A model generated the notes under the pieces. That model saw only the letters and a list, made by a program, of their open reading frames with translations, made no database searches and had not been told where the DNA came from. From a virus (lineage: Duplodnaviria > Caudoviricetes): a stretch of DNA of 64,000 nucleotides. A program made the position numbers and the translations under genes. The stretch is taken from the IMG/VR virus record IMGVR_UViG_3300028833_000061, positions 64,001 to 128,000 of that record. One strand, written 5' to 3'. This document shows positions 28,330 to 37,686 of this stretch, one piece after another (positions within the stretch are counted from its first letter, which is position 1; every line of letters begins with the position of its first letter).

Positions 28330-29288
28330 TTCGGGCGATGCTTGAGCGCCTTGGACCGATGCATCGGATAGAACAGCCACCGGCACAGCAAGTTCATTCG
28401 CTCCGTGTCGAAGCAGAACCTGTCGGACGGATCAAGGAACTCGTTGCCGAAGAAGCATGGATGGTAGTTCTTCTTGAAGTCCTTGTTCTTCTGCAGGCTT
28501 GCAACCTCCTTGCGGCAAGAATCGCACAGACACCCGAGCAGCTTTACGAATACGCTGTTGTCGTTCTCCGGCCAGGTCTGCTTGACGCATCGCTCGCCGA
28601 AGTACGTCGACTTGTACAGGCTGTCAGGCGCGTTGTCCTCGACCTCGGACGTAGAGTCGTTGATCGTGATGTCGAACACCTTGGTGTCGCACGTATATCC
28701 GCTGATCGGAACCTGCGGGCGCTCGGTGGACTGGAACGTGGCGATAGCCTGGATATTGAACGGTACTCCAAGGCGAGGAATGCAGTGGAACATGATATAG
28801 CCGTAGGTAGGAACATCCTTGTTTGCCGGAACCTGCGTCTCGATATCTCCGACGAACGCGAGCTTGGCGTCGTTTGCAAGGAATTTCTTTCCAGACTGGC
28901 TGTCGTCGAACGGATGCTCCATGCCGGAGACACGATAGATCCCCTCCAGCAGCTTCTTTGCCTGTTCTTCGGTCAGTCCGTTGCGCTTGTCGTTGACTGC
29001 ACGGTCCACGATGCTCTTGACCATCGGAATGAAGTCCTTGATATAACGATAGGCGATCTCGGTATCGTCGAACTGGCTGGAGTTCTCCTTCTTGAGAGCG
29101 ACGCCGAAGGTATATCCGGCATAGAACGCTGTTCTGTCCGCCTGGGTGATGCAGGTGTCCGGCAAGGCGAAGATCGGCTTGCGGGAGTCTAGATCGACCA
29201 TACCCTTGTGGACATGAAAACCGACGTCCGTGTACAGTGCATCCATCTTGGCCGTGTTGTCGGCCGGTTTGTCGAAGTTTACGAACAT
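28326..29288 (-). CDS. Hypothetical protein
   Basis: 320 aa ORF. Confidence 0.75.
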   Translation of the reverse strand: MFVNFDKPADNTAKMDALYTDVGFHVHKGMVDLDSRKPIFALPDTCITQADRTAFYAGYTFGVALKKENSSQFDDTEIAYRYIKDFIPMVKSIVDRAVNDKRNGLTEEQAKKLLEGIYRVSGMEHPFDDSQSGKKFLANDAKLAFVGDIETQVPANKDVPTYGYIMFHCIPRLGVPFNIQAIATFQSTERPQVPISGYTCDTKVFDITINDSTSEVEDNAPDSLYKSTYFGERCVKQTWPENDNSVFVKLLGCLCDSCRKEVASLQKNKDFKKNYHPCFFGNEFLDPSDRFCFDTERMNLLCRWLFYPMHRSKALKHRPK

Positions 29289-29291
29289 TGG

Positions 29292-31421
29292 CTAGAGTTG
29301 GATGATTTGATCCGCCTGCGCACTAACCTGGGAATGGTGAGTGGCGCAGAGCACTTGAACGTTCATTGTCTTTGCGACATCCATGATCTTTTTCAGGACG
29401 CCGCCGAACTTGTTTATCGTTTGCTCGTCAAGATAGGCTGTCGGTTCGTCCAGAACCAGCAGCCCGAGCTTCGATGCGAACATTTCGTAGGTAGAGAACC
29501 GGAATGCGACGGCCAGCTGCACCTTCTGTCCTCCAGATAGGACTTCGGCTCTGGCGAGGTCGTTAGGCATAACCCTGCCGTCGTTGAAACGGCACAGGAA
29601 GCCGATTCCTTCCTTTTCTGGCTCTACCGTGAACGGAGCCGAGAACAGCTCCAGATAGTTGTTCACCTCGGCTGTGAGCTTCCTGACGATCTTCTGGGAC
29701 AAGGTGCGCGGAATCGCGGAATAGTGCAGCGCCTGCCGAACCTGCGACAGCACGTTGATTTTCCTGCGAAGCTCGGTCGACCCGTCCTTCTTGATCTTTA
29801 GATCTGCAATATACTGCTCGGAAGCCTTGATCTGCTCGTCTGTTGTCGTGATTGCGCCGTCTAGAGCAGCGATCTCTGCGGACAGTTGATCGAACCTGGA
29901 TATACCGTCGGACAGCTCGGCTGCTTGCTTCGTAAGCTCGTCGATTGACATCTGGACAGTTGTCTTGTCGTCCAGGTCGCCAACGCTCTTCTCATAGTGC
30001 TCGATCGACGTAGTGCATGCCACGACGGCCTTCTCGGCCTTCGCCTTCTCGTTGTCCCAGCCACGACGAACGGACAGCGCGTTCGCGATGTCCTGAAGCA
30101 TCTTGCGGCCTTTTTCGATATTGCTGTTGACCACGGCAGGCATCTTCGTCTCGATCTCGACCTTCTGATTCTCATAGCCTTTCAGAGTCGTCTCGATGAT
30201 GGAGACGTTGCGCTCCTTGGCTGCCAGATTCTGGCGAAGCATTGCGAAGTTATTGACCGGCATCCCGTTCTGGATCTTGGTATACTCGTTGGACGCGTCG
30301 GATCTCTCCTTCTGCAGCTTCTCCGCAAGATTGAACGACAGGACCGTGCCACAGACAGGACAGTTTCCGCTTCCCTGGACTATCTTGATATAGTTATCCA
30401 AAGTAATCATCCTGTTTGACAGAGCGGCCAGCTTCTCGCGAGCTTCGTTATACTCGGCTTCGTATTTCGCGATGCTTTCCTCTGGAATGGCCGGAAGCGC
30501 CTTTGCAACATCGAGCTGCTTTCCGACCTCTTCGATCTTGCGCTTGATCGAAAGATATTTCTCTACCTGCTCGACGGCCCTGTGCAGCTTCTCGTGCTCG
30601 ACCGACAGTTCCTCGACCGACTTCTCGCTGTGAGGATAGTCCTCCAGCTTCTTTAGCATTTCCTTCGCCTTCTCAAGCTCCACCCTAGCGACGTCAAGCT
30701 GCTTGGCATCGTTGAGGCGCTGGCGCTCGTTGGCGATATCCGTCTGGATCTGCGCTAGAAGGTCCATCATATCCTTCTTCGTTGGCATCTTGGCCAAAGT
30801 GTCCTTCATTTCGGTCACTTTGGCCTTCAAGCCTTCGCAGCGTTCCTTCGTGGCGGCAAGGTTACGCTCGGCGTCGTCAAGGAGCGTGTCGTAGTTGTCG
30901 GGATGGTCGTACTTGGTCAGGATACCGCCGAGCACGTTATACATCTTCTCGGTGTCACCAAGACCGGCGATCTTCTGGAACGCACGCTCGCGCTTGTTCT
31001 GCTCGTCGTCGAACAGGATTGATGTCACCTCCGTCTGAGGAACGAACACGACCTTCTTGAATATGTCCTTGTCGATTCCGAGCCGCTCCTTTAGTGCCTG
31101 TTCGACTGCCTTAGCTCCATTGATCTTATCGATACCGATCTGCATGGAGCACGCAGGCGAGGATATGAACCGCTTGATGGAGCAGTCGATCGTACCCTGG
31201 GAGAACTCAAGCTCGACATAGCCGTCCTTCTCGCCCCAGGAAACCAGGTCCTTCTTGTTCGCACCCGGCTGTTCGCCGGTCAGTGCAAATTGCAAGGCCC
31301 CGATGAAATTAGACTTGCCCGCCCCGTTCCTGCCTAGTATGGCTATAAGCGATCCGTTGAAGTCGACGTCGAACTCGTGATGCTGCCTGTAGTTACGCAG
31401 GCTTACCTTCTTTAGCTTCAA
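29292..31421 (-). CDS. sbcC: Rad50/SbcC-like SMC ATPase
   Basis: GRNGAGKS, Q-loop, coiled coil with CPVC zinc hook, LSGGQ, LVLDEPT, ATH. Confidence 0.92.
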   Translation of the reverse strand: MKLKKVSLRNYRQHHEFDVDFNGSLIAILGRNGAGKSNFIGALQFALTGEQPGANKKDLVSWGEKDGYVELEFSQGTIDCSIKRFISSPACSMQIGIDKINGAKAVEQALKERLGIDKDIFKKVVFVPQTEVTSILFDDEQNKRERAFQKIAGLGDTEKMYNVLGGILTKYDHPDNYDTLLDDAERNLAATKERCEGLKAKVTEMKDTLAKMPTKKDMMDLLAQIQTDIANERQRLNDAKQLDVARVELEKAKEMLKKLEDYPHSEKSVEELSVEHEKLHRAVEQVEKYLSIKRKIEEVGKQLDVAKALPAIPEESIAKYEAEYNEAREKLAALSNRMITLDNYIKIVQGSGNCPVCGTVLSFNLAEKLQKERSDASNEYTKIQNGMPVNNFAMLRQNLAAKERNVSIIETTLKGYENQKVEIETKMPAVVNSNIEKGRKMLQDIANALSVRRGWDNEKAKAEKAVVACTTSIEHYEKSVGDLDDKTTVQMSIDELTKQAAELSDGISRFDQLSAEIAALDGAITTTDEQIKASEQYIADLKIKKDGSTELRRKINVLSQVRQALHYSAIPRTLSQKIVRKLTAEVNNYLELFSAPFTVEPEKEGIGFLCRFNDGRVMPNDLARAEVLSGGQKVQLAVAFRFSTYEMFASKLGLLVLDEPTAYLDEQTINKFGGVLKKIMDVAKTMNVQVLCATHHSQVSAQADQIIQL

Positions 31422-31740
31422 ACACTGCCTCCAGCTGTTTGTTTTTGAAATGATCGCAGCGGACTACGTCATACGGTACTCTCGGAAAACAGTGTGGACA
31501 TATGGTTCCGAAATTCTTGTTGTTTTCAAGATTTGTGCAACGTTTGCAAAAATTGACAAAATGCCCGGCCCGTGCTTGATATGTCTCGGGACGTATGTTT
31601 CCGTGGATGTCTCGTATCTCTGTAATACAGGCAGGATACACGTCTGTCTTGTACCACTTCTCCTTGCGTATCTCATCAATAAGTGCCTTGAGACAGTATC
31701 CAAGCAGAAACAGTCCTGCGTACAAAAGAATGTCAGTCAT
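31393..31740 (-). CDS. Membrane-anchored Cys-rich protein
   Basis: MTDILLYAGLFLLGY transmembrane segment, CKRC..CPHC. Confidence 0.55.
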   Translation of the reverse strand: MTDILLYAGLFLLGYCLKALIDEIRKEKWYKTDVYPACITEIRDIHGNIRPETYQARAGHFVNFCKRCTNLENNKNFGTICPHCFPRVPYDVVRCDHFKNKQLEAVFEAKEGKPA

Positions 31741-32044
31741 GCTTAAGAAGTTTCGACAGCGCCCGAGCGGCAAGCCAGTGAATGCCGAATAATGGCAATA
31801 AAACAATCGCTACGACTGTAACCGTCAGCAAACCAACAACGAATATCGGCCAAAATATTGCGACAATCGCCGCCTCATCTACGTTGTCGAAGTCGAACAA
31901 CAGCGACAAAACAGTAGTGCTGTTCAGGAATCCGACAATATGAAGTTTGTACAACACAACCGTGAAAGCGACGCCGATTCCTAGATACACCACTATCCCA
32001 AGCAGTATTGCCGCTGCAGTTATCCATCCGCTTGATTCAATCAT
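31733..32044 (-). CDS. Small membrane protein
   Basis: Hydrophobic segments, FWP motif. Confidence 0.7.
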   Translation of the reverse strand: MIESSGWITAAAILLGIVVYLGIGVAFTVVLYKLHIVGFLNSTTVLSLLFDFDNVDEAAIVAIFWPIFVVGLLTVTVVAIVLLPLFGIHWLAARALSKLLKHD

Positions 32045-32241
32045 TCGAAGACATCCTCGTGTTTGATTTGTCCAGACATGGACAGCTGCCAGATTATCGT
32101 GTGTTCGGCCATTTCGAGGGTATAAAGATCATTATTGCATTCGACCCAGTACGGTATGAACGGGAACGGCTTGTACGCCAGTGAATATCCCCGCAGTTTT
32201 CCAGTCTCTTTGTTGAAATGTGCGATTATTTTCCACTTCAT
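32041..32241 (-). CDS. Hypothetical protein
   Basis: Likely start MKWKII. Confidence 0.6.
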   Translation of the reverse strand: MKWKIIAHFNKETGKLRGYSLAYKPFPFIPYWVECNNDLYTLEMAEHTIIWQLSMSGQIKHEDVFE

Positions 32242-32296
32242 TTGTTTTTTTTTCTCCAATAGGTAAACGCAAGGAGAGCTGTAGTTAAAGGACGGT

Positions 32297-32327
32297 AGGC
32301 ACGACGCGGATTTCTCCGCGTCGTGCC
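32297..32327. terminator. Strong hairpin, probable terminator or processing site
   Basis: GGCACGACGCGGA-tttc-TCCGCGTCGTGCC perfect 13 bp stem; no clear U-tract. Confidence 0.55.
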
Positions 32328-32336
32328 ACCATCCCG

Positions 32337-32699
32337 TTAATCTCGTATGAATATCCAGTTAAGGACGATCCATACGAGAGCCACCCAGACGATCACTTTC
32401 GTCACTCCGGGCGCCAAAAGTTGGAGCACGAAGCATACGACTGCTATAGCCTTTGCTTGTGCTCCGAACTTTTCTTCGTCTGTGGAGGCTACGGTGACAC
32501 CGTATTTCTCCATCCGGCTGCGCATGTGAAACACCGCAACCATCAGTAGAAAAGTCGCACCGAAGAACTTCGCGAACTCCGCGACGGCATTTCCGGCAAT
32601 GCCATGCCCAAGGGCTTTCATCCCAATAAGCATGGCAAAACCGAATGGTATGAGCCAGAAACCAGTCTGGCCCTCCTCTTCATCTTGGTTTTCCATCAA
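32337..32699 (-). CDS. Multi-pass membrane protein
   Basis: About four hydrophobic helices; start lies immediately after a CGTTATAAT element. Confidence 0.75.
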   Translation of the reverse strand: MMENQDEEEGQTGFWLIPFGFAMLIGMKALGHGIAGNAVAEFAKFFGATFLLMVAVFHMRSRMEKYGVTVASTDEEKFGAQAKAIAVVCFVLQLLAPGVTKVIVWVALVWIVLNWIFIRD

Positions 32700-32727
32700 T
32701 ACATTATAACGTTTTGTTGGATTTTAT

Positions 32728-32856
32728 TTACTTGGCCGAAGTTTCACGCATAAACTCTATCGCGTTCTTAAATCCTTTTACGCCTTTTATGAAACTGTTT
32801 ACAAAAATAGCCATGACTATCAAAATACCGAGAAGTTCAAACGGATTTTCTTTCAT
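32728..32856 (-). CDS. Small 42 aa membrane peptide
   Basis: Read manually: MKENPFELLGILIVMAIFVNSFIKGVKGFKNAIEFMRETSAK; fills the gap. Confidence 0.5.
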   Translation of the reverse strand: MKENPFELLGILIVMAIFVNSFIKGVKGFKNAIEFMRETSAK

Positions 32857-32865
32857 CGTTTTTAC

Positions 32866-33129
32866 TCAGTAGTATTTTCTGCGTTCTATGTCATACGACG
32901 TTCTTCTTGTAGTCGGAGTCGTATGTAGACCGTATCTGTTTCTCATTTCTGCAACAAGTCCTGCTACAGGGACTGCTCTAGCATCCTCAGATTTGTCGTT
33001 TTCAAGGTATTCTCTTGATCTATCAAGTCTAAGGTACCAGTATGGAGACTTCGACGTTTTGCGCTCAACACATCCTCGTCTAACTGGACAGTCAGGCGCT
33101 GAGTATTCTTTTACGTGTATTGTTTCCAT
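32866..33129 (-). CDS. Hypothetical protein
   Basis: 87 aa ORF. Confidence 0.55.
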   Translation of the reverse strand: METIHVKEYSAPDCPVRRGCVERKTSKSPYWYLRLDRSREYLENDKSEDARAVPVAGLVAEMRNRYGLHTTPTTRRTSYDIERRKYY

Positions 33130-33250
33130 TGACTTGTAGATCCTTTTGTTGCAGACTAATCAGTACTTTGATTCATGTACGCAGGAACATACCTCACGTC
33201 AATACCACGAATCGCAGTTGAAACACAGTTTACAGCAGATTTACCGATAG

Positions 33251-35248
33251 ATGCAAGAACATCATACGTCTGAATCGCAGGCTGCAGCTTCTTGTTCATA
33301 TGGCGAGACCAGTCTCGAAGAAACTTTCCGCCACTCTGGTCTCTCCTTAGAAGAGACTGCCGAAGTTTTGCCAGATCAAACGACTCGTTCGGAGTCCTCT
33401 GGCGAACTGCCTGCCGACCTTGCGATGTTTGGTGTAGGCAAGAATCCGAAGAAAGTTGAGTATCACGATAGAGAACTAGACCTTTCTGAGAAAATTTCAT
33501 CTAATTTATCCAGTGAAAGTTTGAGGGACATCCGATCCTACATACAAATCCCCAACATTACGCGGACGTTGCGAACCGTCCACAGATCGGAGTTTCTTCC
33601 TGGACTGTTTCGTCTAAACGGGAGGCCTTTTCATCTGAGAGGCCGCGAGCCGTTCAAGGTACTGTTCGAACACGAGCAACCAAAACGGCTTATTGTGTTA
33701 TCCGGTCGCCAATGCGGTAAGTCTGTGTCATTGGCCTACTCAGAAATCTTCGACTGTATCAGCATTCCCAATTTCAAGATCCTCTACGTTGCGCCTCAGG
33801 AAGTACAGGCACAACGCTTCGGAAACGGTTACTTGTCAGAGTCTCTTAATTCGTGTGCGCTCGCGAAGCTCCTGCAGGCAAAGGACCTGGAAGGAGTGTT
33901 CACGGACACGAAGATCCTTACTGCAGTCATGCACCAGTCGTTCGCCAACGGATCTTCAATACAGTTGACGTACGCAAAGACCAGCGCAGACCGAGCCCGC
34001 GGTATCACCGCAGACAGGATCGATTTCGATGAGATCCAGGATCAATTGATAGACAACATCCCGATCATTACCGCCTCGCTGACAACGTCCGACTTTCAGT
34101 TCGAGCGTTACACAGGAACGGCGAAAACCATCGACAACACGATCGAGTCCTTGTGGCAGGATTCGAGCATGTGCGAATGGGTGATGCCTTGCGAAGGCTG
34201 CGGAAACTGGAACATACCGAACGACGACAATCACGTCTACGACGGAACTATGATCCAGGCCGACGGCCTTCACTGCACCAAGTGCGGGAAGAAGCTTGAC
34301 GTTCTTCGCGGAGAGTGGATGGCCACATACGAAAACAAGATGACCGAATTCCAGGGCTATCATACTCCGCAGATCATCTTCCCGGCTATTGTCAACAACC
34401 CCAACCTGTGGTCCAGAGTCGTCACGAACAAGATCAAGCAGACAGAAGCCGCTTTCAAGCAGGAGACTTTGGGAATATCCTGCTCCACAGGCAGTAGAAT
34501 CATAACTCAAAGGGACATCGACGAGCATTCGCTGCTTCCGTCGATGCTTGAGCTGCAGAAGGACTTGAAGCGCTATCCAATGCTCGTAGGCGGTCTTGAC
34601 TGGGGTGGCGCGGAAGAGCAGTCGTTCACTGTTCACACGATCATTGGAATACGTGCAGACGGAAGACTTGACGTCGTGTACGGCCACAGATACCAGGGAT
34701 TCTCGCCTGACGAGGTCATGCCGTCGATCGCAAAGGCGCACCGTTTCTACGGATGCGACTCGCTGGCGGCAGACTATGGAATGGGCTTCGACAAGAACAT
34801 CATGCTGCAAAAGCTGTTCGGCATCAAAATGTGCCAGATGATGTTCTGCCACCAGAACAAGCTTCTGTCCTACTCTCCCACCCTCGGGTATCCAAGGTGG
34901 ACCGTCGACAAGACAACGGCTTTGGACACGCTGTTCATGGCGATCAAGAATCACCGTATGTTCTTCCCGAGAGAAGGATTCGAGACGCTGACGAAAGACC
35001 TGCTGTCGCCATTTGAAGAGGTGTCTGACGTAGGCGGGCTTTCAAGAAGAAGATACCTTAGAAACCCGAATCAGCCAGACGACTTCTGCATGGCCTTGTG
35101 CTTCGGAGCTATGTTGGCCATGAAGCTGGTTTACGGCTCCGACAACATCGACATGATACCCGACTCCGCGTTCAACAGGGGCATTACGGACGACACGCCG
35201 CCGGATCTTACAGTGCTCGATCCGGCAGACGTGCTCACAAGCTTATAA
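33251..35248 (+). CDS. terL: Terminase large subunit (GpA-like, internal zinc finger)
   Basis: SGRQCGKS, LYVAP, RARGITADRIDFDEIQD, GTAKT, CEGC..CTKC, nuclease GLDWG..ADYG..PDD. Confidence 0.88.
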   Translation: MQEHHTSESQAAASCSYGETSLEETFRHSGLSLEETAEVLPDQTTRSESSGELPADLAMFGVGKNPKKVEYHDRELDLSEKISSNLSSESLRDIRSYIQIPNITRTLRTVHRSEFLPGLFRLNGRPFHLRGREPFKVLFEHEQPKRLIVLSGRQCGKSVSLAYSEIFDCISIPNFKILYVAPQEVQAQRFGNGYLSESLNSCALAKLLQAKDLEGVFTDTKILTAVMHQSFANGSSIQLTYAKTSADRARGITADRIDFDEIQDQLIDNIPIITASLTTSDFQFERYTGTAKTIDNTIESLWQDSSMCEWVMPCEGCGNWNIPNDDNHVYDGTMIQADGLHCTKCGKKLDVLRGEWMATYENKMTEFQGYHTPQIIFPAIVNNPNLWSRVVTNKIKQTEAAFKQETLGISCSTGSRIITQRDIDEHSLLPSMLELQKDLKRYPMLVGGLDWGGAEEQSFTVHTIIGIRADGRLDVVYGHRYQGFSPDEVMPSIAKAHRFYGCDSLAADYGMGFDKNIMLQKLFGIKMCQMMFCHQNKLLSYSPTLGYPRWTVDKTTALDTLFMAIKNHRMFFPREGFETLTKDLLSPFEEVSDVGGLSRRRYLRNPNQPDDFCMALCFGAMLAMKLVYGSDNIDMIPDSAFNRGITDDTPPDLTVLDPADVLTSL

Positions 35249-35507
35249 CTTTTAGTTTGTTGTACAGATCAGACATCCTCTTGCAGTATTCCAGTTTTCC
35301 TCTCAGAAATTCTGCGATGCTTGGTTTAAACCCATCTACATACCAAGTATTAGGAGTCCACCATTTGCAGTCCCTGCTGGCGAAAGCTGGATACTTCAAA
35401 ACTGTGCTCTCAGTAACAACGACGGCATAATTCGGCCAATCGTTCTTAAGAGTATCCAGGTCCTTGCTGTTCTCTAGTACGACCTGGAATTCATCGAAGT
35501 AGATCAT
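35235..35507 (-). CDS. Hypothetical protein
   Basis: 90 aa, AAAGGA upstream. Confidence 0.65.
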   Translation of the reverse strand: MIYFDEFQVVLENSKDLDTLKNDWPNYAVVVTESTVLKYPAFASRDCKWWTPNTWYVDGFKPSIAEFLRGKLEYCKRMSDLYNKLKVISL

Positions 35508-35521
35508 TTATTTTCCTTTCT

Positions 35522-35920
35522 TCATATCCAGTCGTCCTTCTTCAACGAAAACAAGACATTAAGCTCGTCGATAATATTGGTGCCCTCTATATACGAGTCT
35601 CCGCTGTGCACGAGGAACGTATTCGAGAACGGACATTTCTCTGCCCATTCCAGAATGTGATCGACGAAGCCTGCCGGTGTCATTATTTTCTTTATGTTCT
35701 CATTGACTATAACCGAACTTGAATACTTTTTGGCAAAATTAAGAGCGGTGATGGCCTTGTATAGCTTCTCCATTTCGTCTAATGGCACACCGTGATTTCT
35801 TTTAGAATCGGCCCCGTTCGTCCTACTGAAAAGCTCCTTTTTGACTAGAGCAATGAAGTCGTCTGGGGCGTCGAGCAGGTTAGAATACGTCATAGCCATA
35901 GTTTTGATTGACTGCATCAC
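35522..35920 (-). CDS. Hypothetical protein
   Basis: 132 aa ORF. Confidence 0.65.
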   Translation of the reverse strand: MMQSIKTMAMTYSNLLDAPDDFIALVKKELFSRTNGADSKRNHGVPLDEMEKLYKAITALNFAKKYSSSVIVNENIKKIMTPAGFVDHILEWAEKCPFSNTFLVHSGDSYIEGTNIIDELNVLFSLKKDDWI

Positions 35921-36242
35921 TCAGCATGTTTCTCAGTCCTATCATGGCGTAAGCAGGATCGTTGTCGAAGATTTTTCTGAACGAGCAACTGTAGCGCGAT
36001 ATATCCTTAAGCCGCTTGAACAGCGACTCTCCGCTATAAGACAAGAACCTTTCCCTAAGGTCTTCCCTGAAGGAGCATCCTTTGGCGAACATATCCTTGT
36101 TTAGTAGCTCAAGCGCACGTTTCACAGCGATATTTACGTACCACTCGTTAAGCGTGCTTGGATAGTCTCTGGCTTCTTCCATAATCTTTACGAAGTCCTG
36201 CCATCGTTTCGTATTCTTCTTGCGTTCTTCAGCTATTGTCAT
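35880..36242 (-). CDS. Hypothetical protein
   Basis: 120 aa ORF. Confidence 0.65.
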   Translation of the reverse strand: MTIAEERKKNTKRWQDFVKIMEEARDYPSTLNEWYVNIAVKRALELLNKDMFAKGCSFREDLRERFLSYSGESLFKRLKDISRYSCSFRKIFDNDPAYAMIGLRNMLSDAVNQNYGYDVF

Positions 36243-36397
36243 TTCTTGTCGTACCAGAATGCAGCCGAGAAAAGGAACCCGAAGGCGGCTACTGCTAATA
36301 TTCCGCTGACAACGATGTTCCCGTTAAGCCCGAACAAAACAGACGACACCAGATCGAGGATCGCGGCAGCAAGGTTAAGAACGAATGTCCTGTTCAT
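36239..36397 (-). CDS. Small two-helix membrane protein (52 aa)
   Basis: Read manually: MNRTFVLNLAAAILDLVSS...WYDKK, with 4-nt overlaps on both sides. Confidence 0.65.
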   Translation of the reverse strand: MNRTFVLNLAAAILDLVSSVLFGLNGNIVVSGILAVAAFGFLFSAAFWYDKK

Positions 36398-36852
36398 TCG
36401 CTTACTCTCCAGACTGCTGCATACGGCGCCTCGTGCGCAAGATATACGAGGTCGTCGATAGCCTTCTTGGCGTTCGACGGAATGGGCGTCCAGTAATCGA
36501 TCTTGAACGGCCCGTTTCCGAAGCCTTTCTTCTCAAGCTCGTCGTGATGCTTCCTTGCCTTGTCTATATACGGGCCGTCTGGAAGCATCAAAAGGTACAC
36601 GGAACACGAGATGAGCTTCTTTATCGTGTCCTTGCACTTCTTTCCGTCCAGCCAGTCGATTCCTTTCTTTCCGAACATCTGTTTCCTTCGATAGAAAACA
36701 TGATAGTTTCCGGTGATGCTCATCTCGAGGTTGGAGTCAGGAATTACATCTCCGGTCCTTGGATCTATCCTGACGTTGGGACCGGACACCACTCTTGGGT
36801 TCTTGGCGGTGCATACTTCACCGTCCAAGACAACGGATACTGTTGAACTCAT
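36394..36852 (-). CDS. Hypothetical protein
   Basis: 152 aa; ITGN..GIDWLDGK..DYWTP..NA pattern. Confidence 0.7.
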   Translation of the reverse strand: MSSTVSVVLDGEVCTAKNPRVVSGPNVRIDPRTGDVIPDSNLEMSITGNYHVFYRRKQMFGKKGIDWLDGKKCKDTIKKLISCSVYLLMLPDGPYIDKARKHHDELEKKGFGNGPFKIDYWTPIPSNAKKAIDDLVYLAHEAPYAAVWRVSE

Positions 36853-37286
36853 TTCTTTTTGTTATTCTTCTGCGAAGATTTTTCTGCCTGGGCCAGGATG
36901 ACTTTAAGTATTTCTGCGTTGTCATAGTTGCGAATGTAATCCTTGTGAGTACTGCTGAGCAGCTTGTGTAAATCTGCGACTTTTTTTGTAAGTGCGCTAT
37001 GAGATTCAAGGTATGAAGCCAGAACGCGCTGTAGATCTGAAATAAGCCTGTCTGAGCGCTCTTCGAGGTGCCACATGGTACTTCCGAGAGCTGTTGTTGC
37101 TCCTCCGCATACGATTATTGGATACACCAACTTCGAGAATCTCTCATCTTCAAAATCAACGAAGTCGTCTTGGTTTAAGTCTCCGACCTTAGTTGTAAAC
37201 AAAGCTTTTTTCGCGTGTTTGAACAGAATAGCGTCTTCCGGCGTTGAAATAACCGTACCGAAAAAAGCACTGATTTTTAAAATCAT
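36849..37286 (-). CDS. Hypothetical protein
   Basis: 145 aa ORF. Confidence 0.65.
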   Translation of the reverse strand: MILKISAFFGTVISTPEDAILFKHAKKALFTTKVGDLNQDDFVDFEDERFSKLVYPIIVCGGATTALGSTMWHLEERSDRLISDLQRVLASYLESHSALTKKVADLHKLLSSTHKDYIRNYDNAEILKVILAQAEKSSQKNNKKK

Positions 37287-37568
37287 TTCCTATTCCTGGT
37301 GTGGTGGAACTTCCTTTTCACAGGAAACCAGAAAAACCACATTGAACAAGGGCTGGTCCAGACCTTATTTCTTACTTTGCTTTTCTTCATTTCCTTCTTC
37401 TCCTGCGTTTGAAGTCAGGTACGACTATATGACCTTTGTCAGGATGATTCAGGTCGGGCTTCTCCCACCACTCCATGGTTCTGACAGGCGGTGGTTCGAA
37501 CGCGTGCAGTGCTACTACTGCCAATGCCTTCTGTTCTTTGCTCATGTTGTCCTCATTTTATTACCTTG

Positions 37569-37670
37569 GTAAAAGAAAAGCCGCCAGCATCAGTTCATGA
37601 CCGTGAATTTTCCCCTTTTCCAGAAAGACTGATGCTGACGGCGTAAATCAAATGTGAAGGATTCCCTTCA
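37569..37670 (-). ncRNA. Candidate ~100 nt structured small RNA
   Basis: Follows CGTTATAAATA (37673-37683); 15 bp stem 37580-37594/37628-37642 with one G-U; ends in UUUUCUUUU. Confidence 0.45.
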
Positions 37671-37672
37671 AA

Positions 37673-37683
37673 TATTTATAACG
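37673..37683 (-). promoter_or_regulatory. CGTTATAAATA promoter-like element
   Basis: Same motif recurs in intergenic gaps at 53513, 55671 and 56323, with variants at 32703 and 38294. Confidence 0.6.
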
Positions 37684-37686
37684 TTT

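Noticed and set aside
342-31060. Many long + strand ORFs (e.g. 342-1280, 4140-5351, 6000-7082, 9444-10379, 28287-29192)
   Set aside because: They lie antisense to motif-bearing minus-strand genes and are the expected shadow of biased codon usage; they carry no protein motifs.
13250-35248. Inteins or introns in the polymerase, helicases or terminase
   Set aside because: Lengths and motif spacing are normal, with no intein-terminal or LAGLIDADG/HNH signatures seen.
37290-37560. Possible ~42 aa ORF (MSKEQKAL...) or RNA gene
   Set aside because: No motif, convincing structure or tRNA cloverleaf; cannot be supported.
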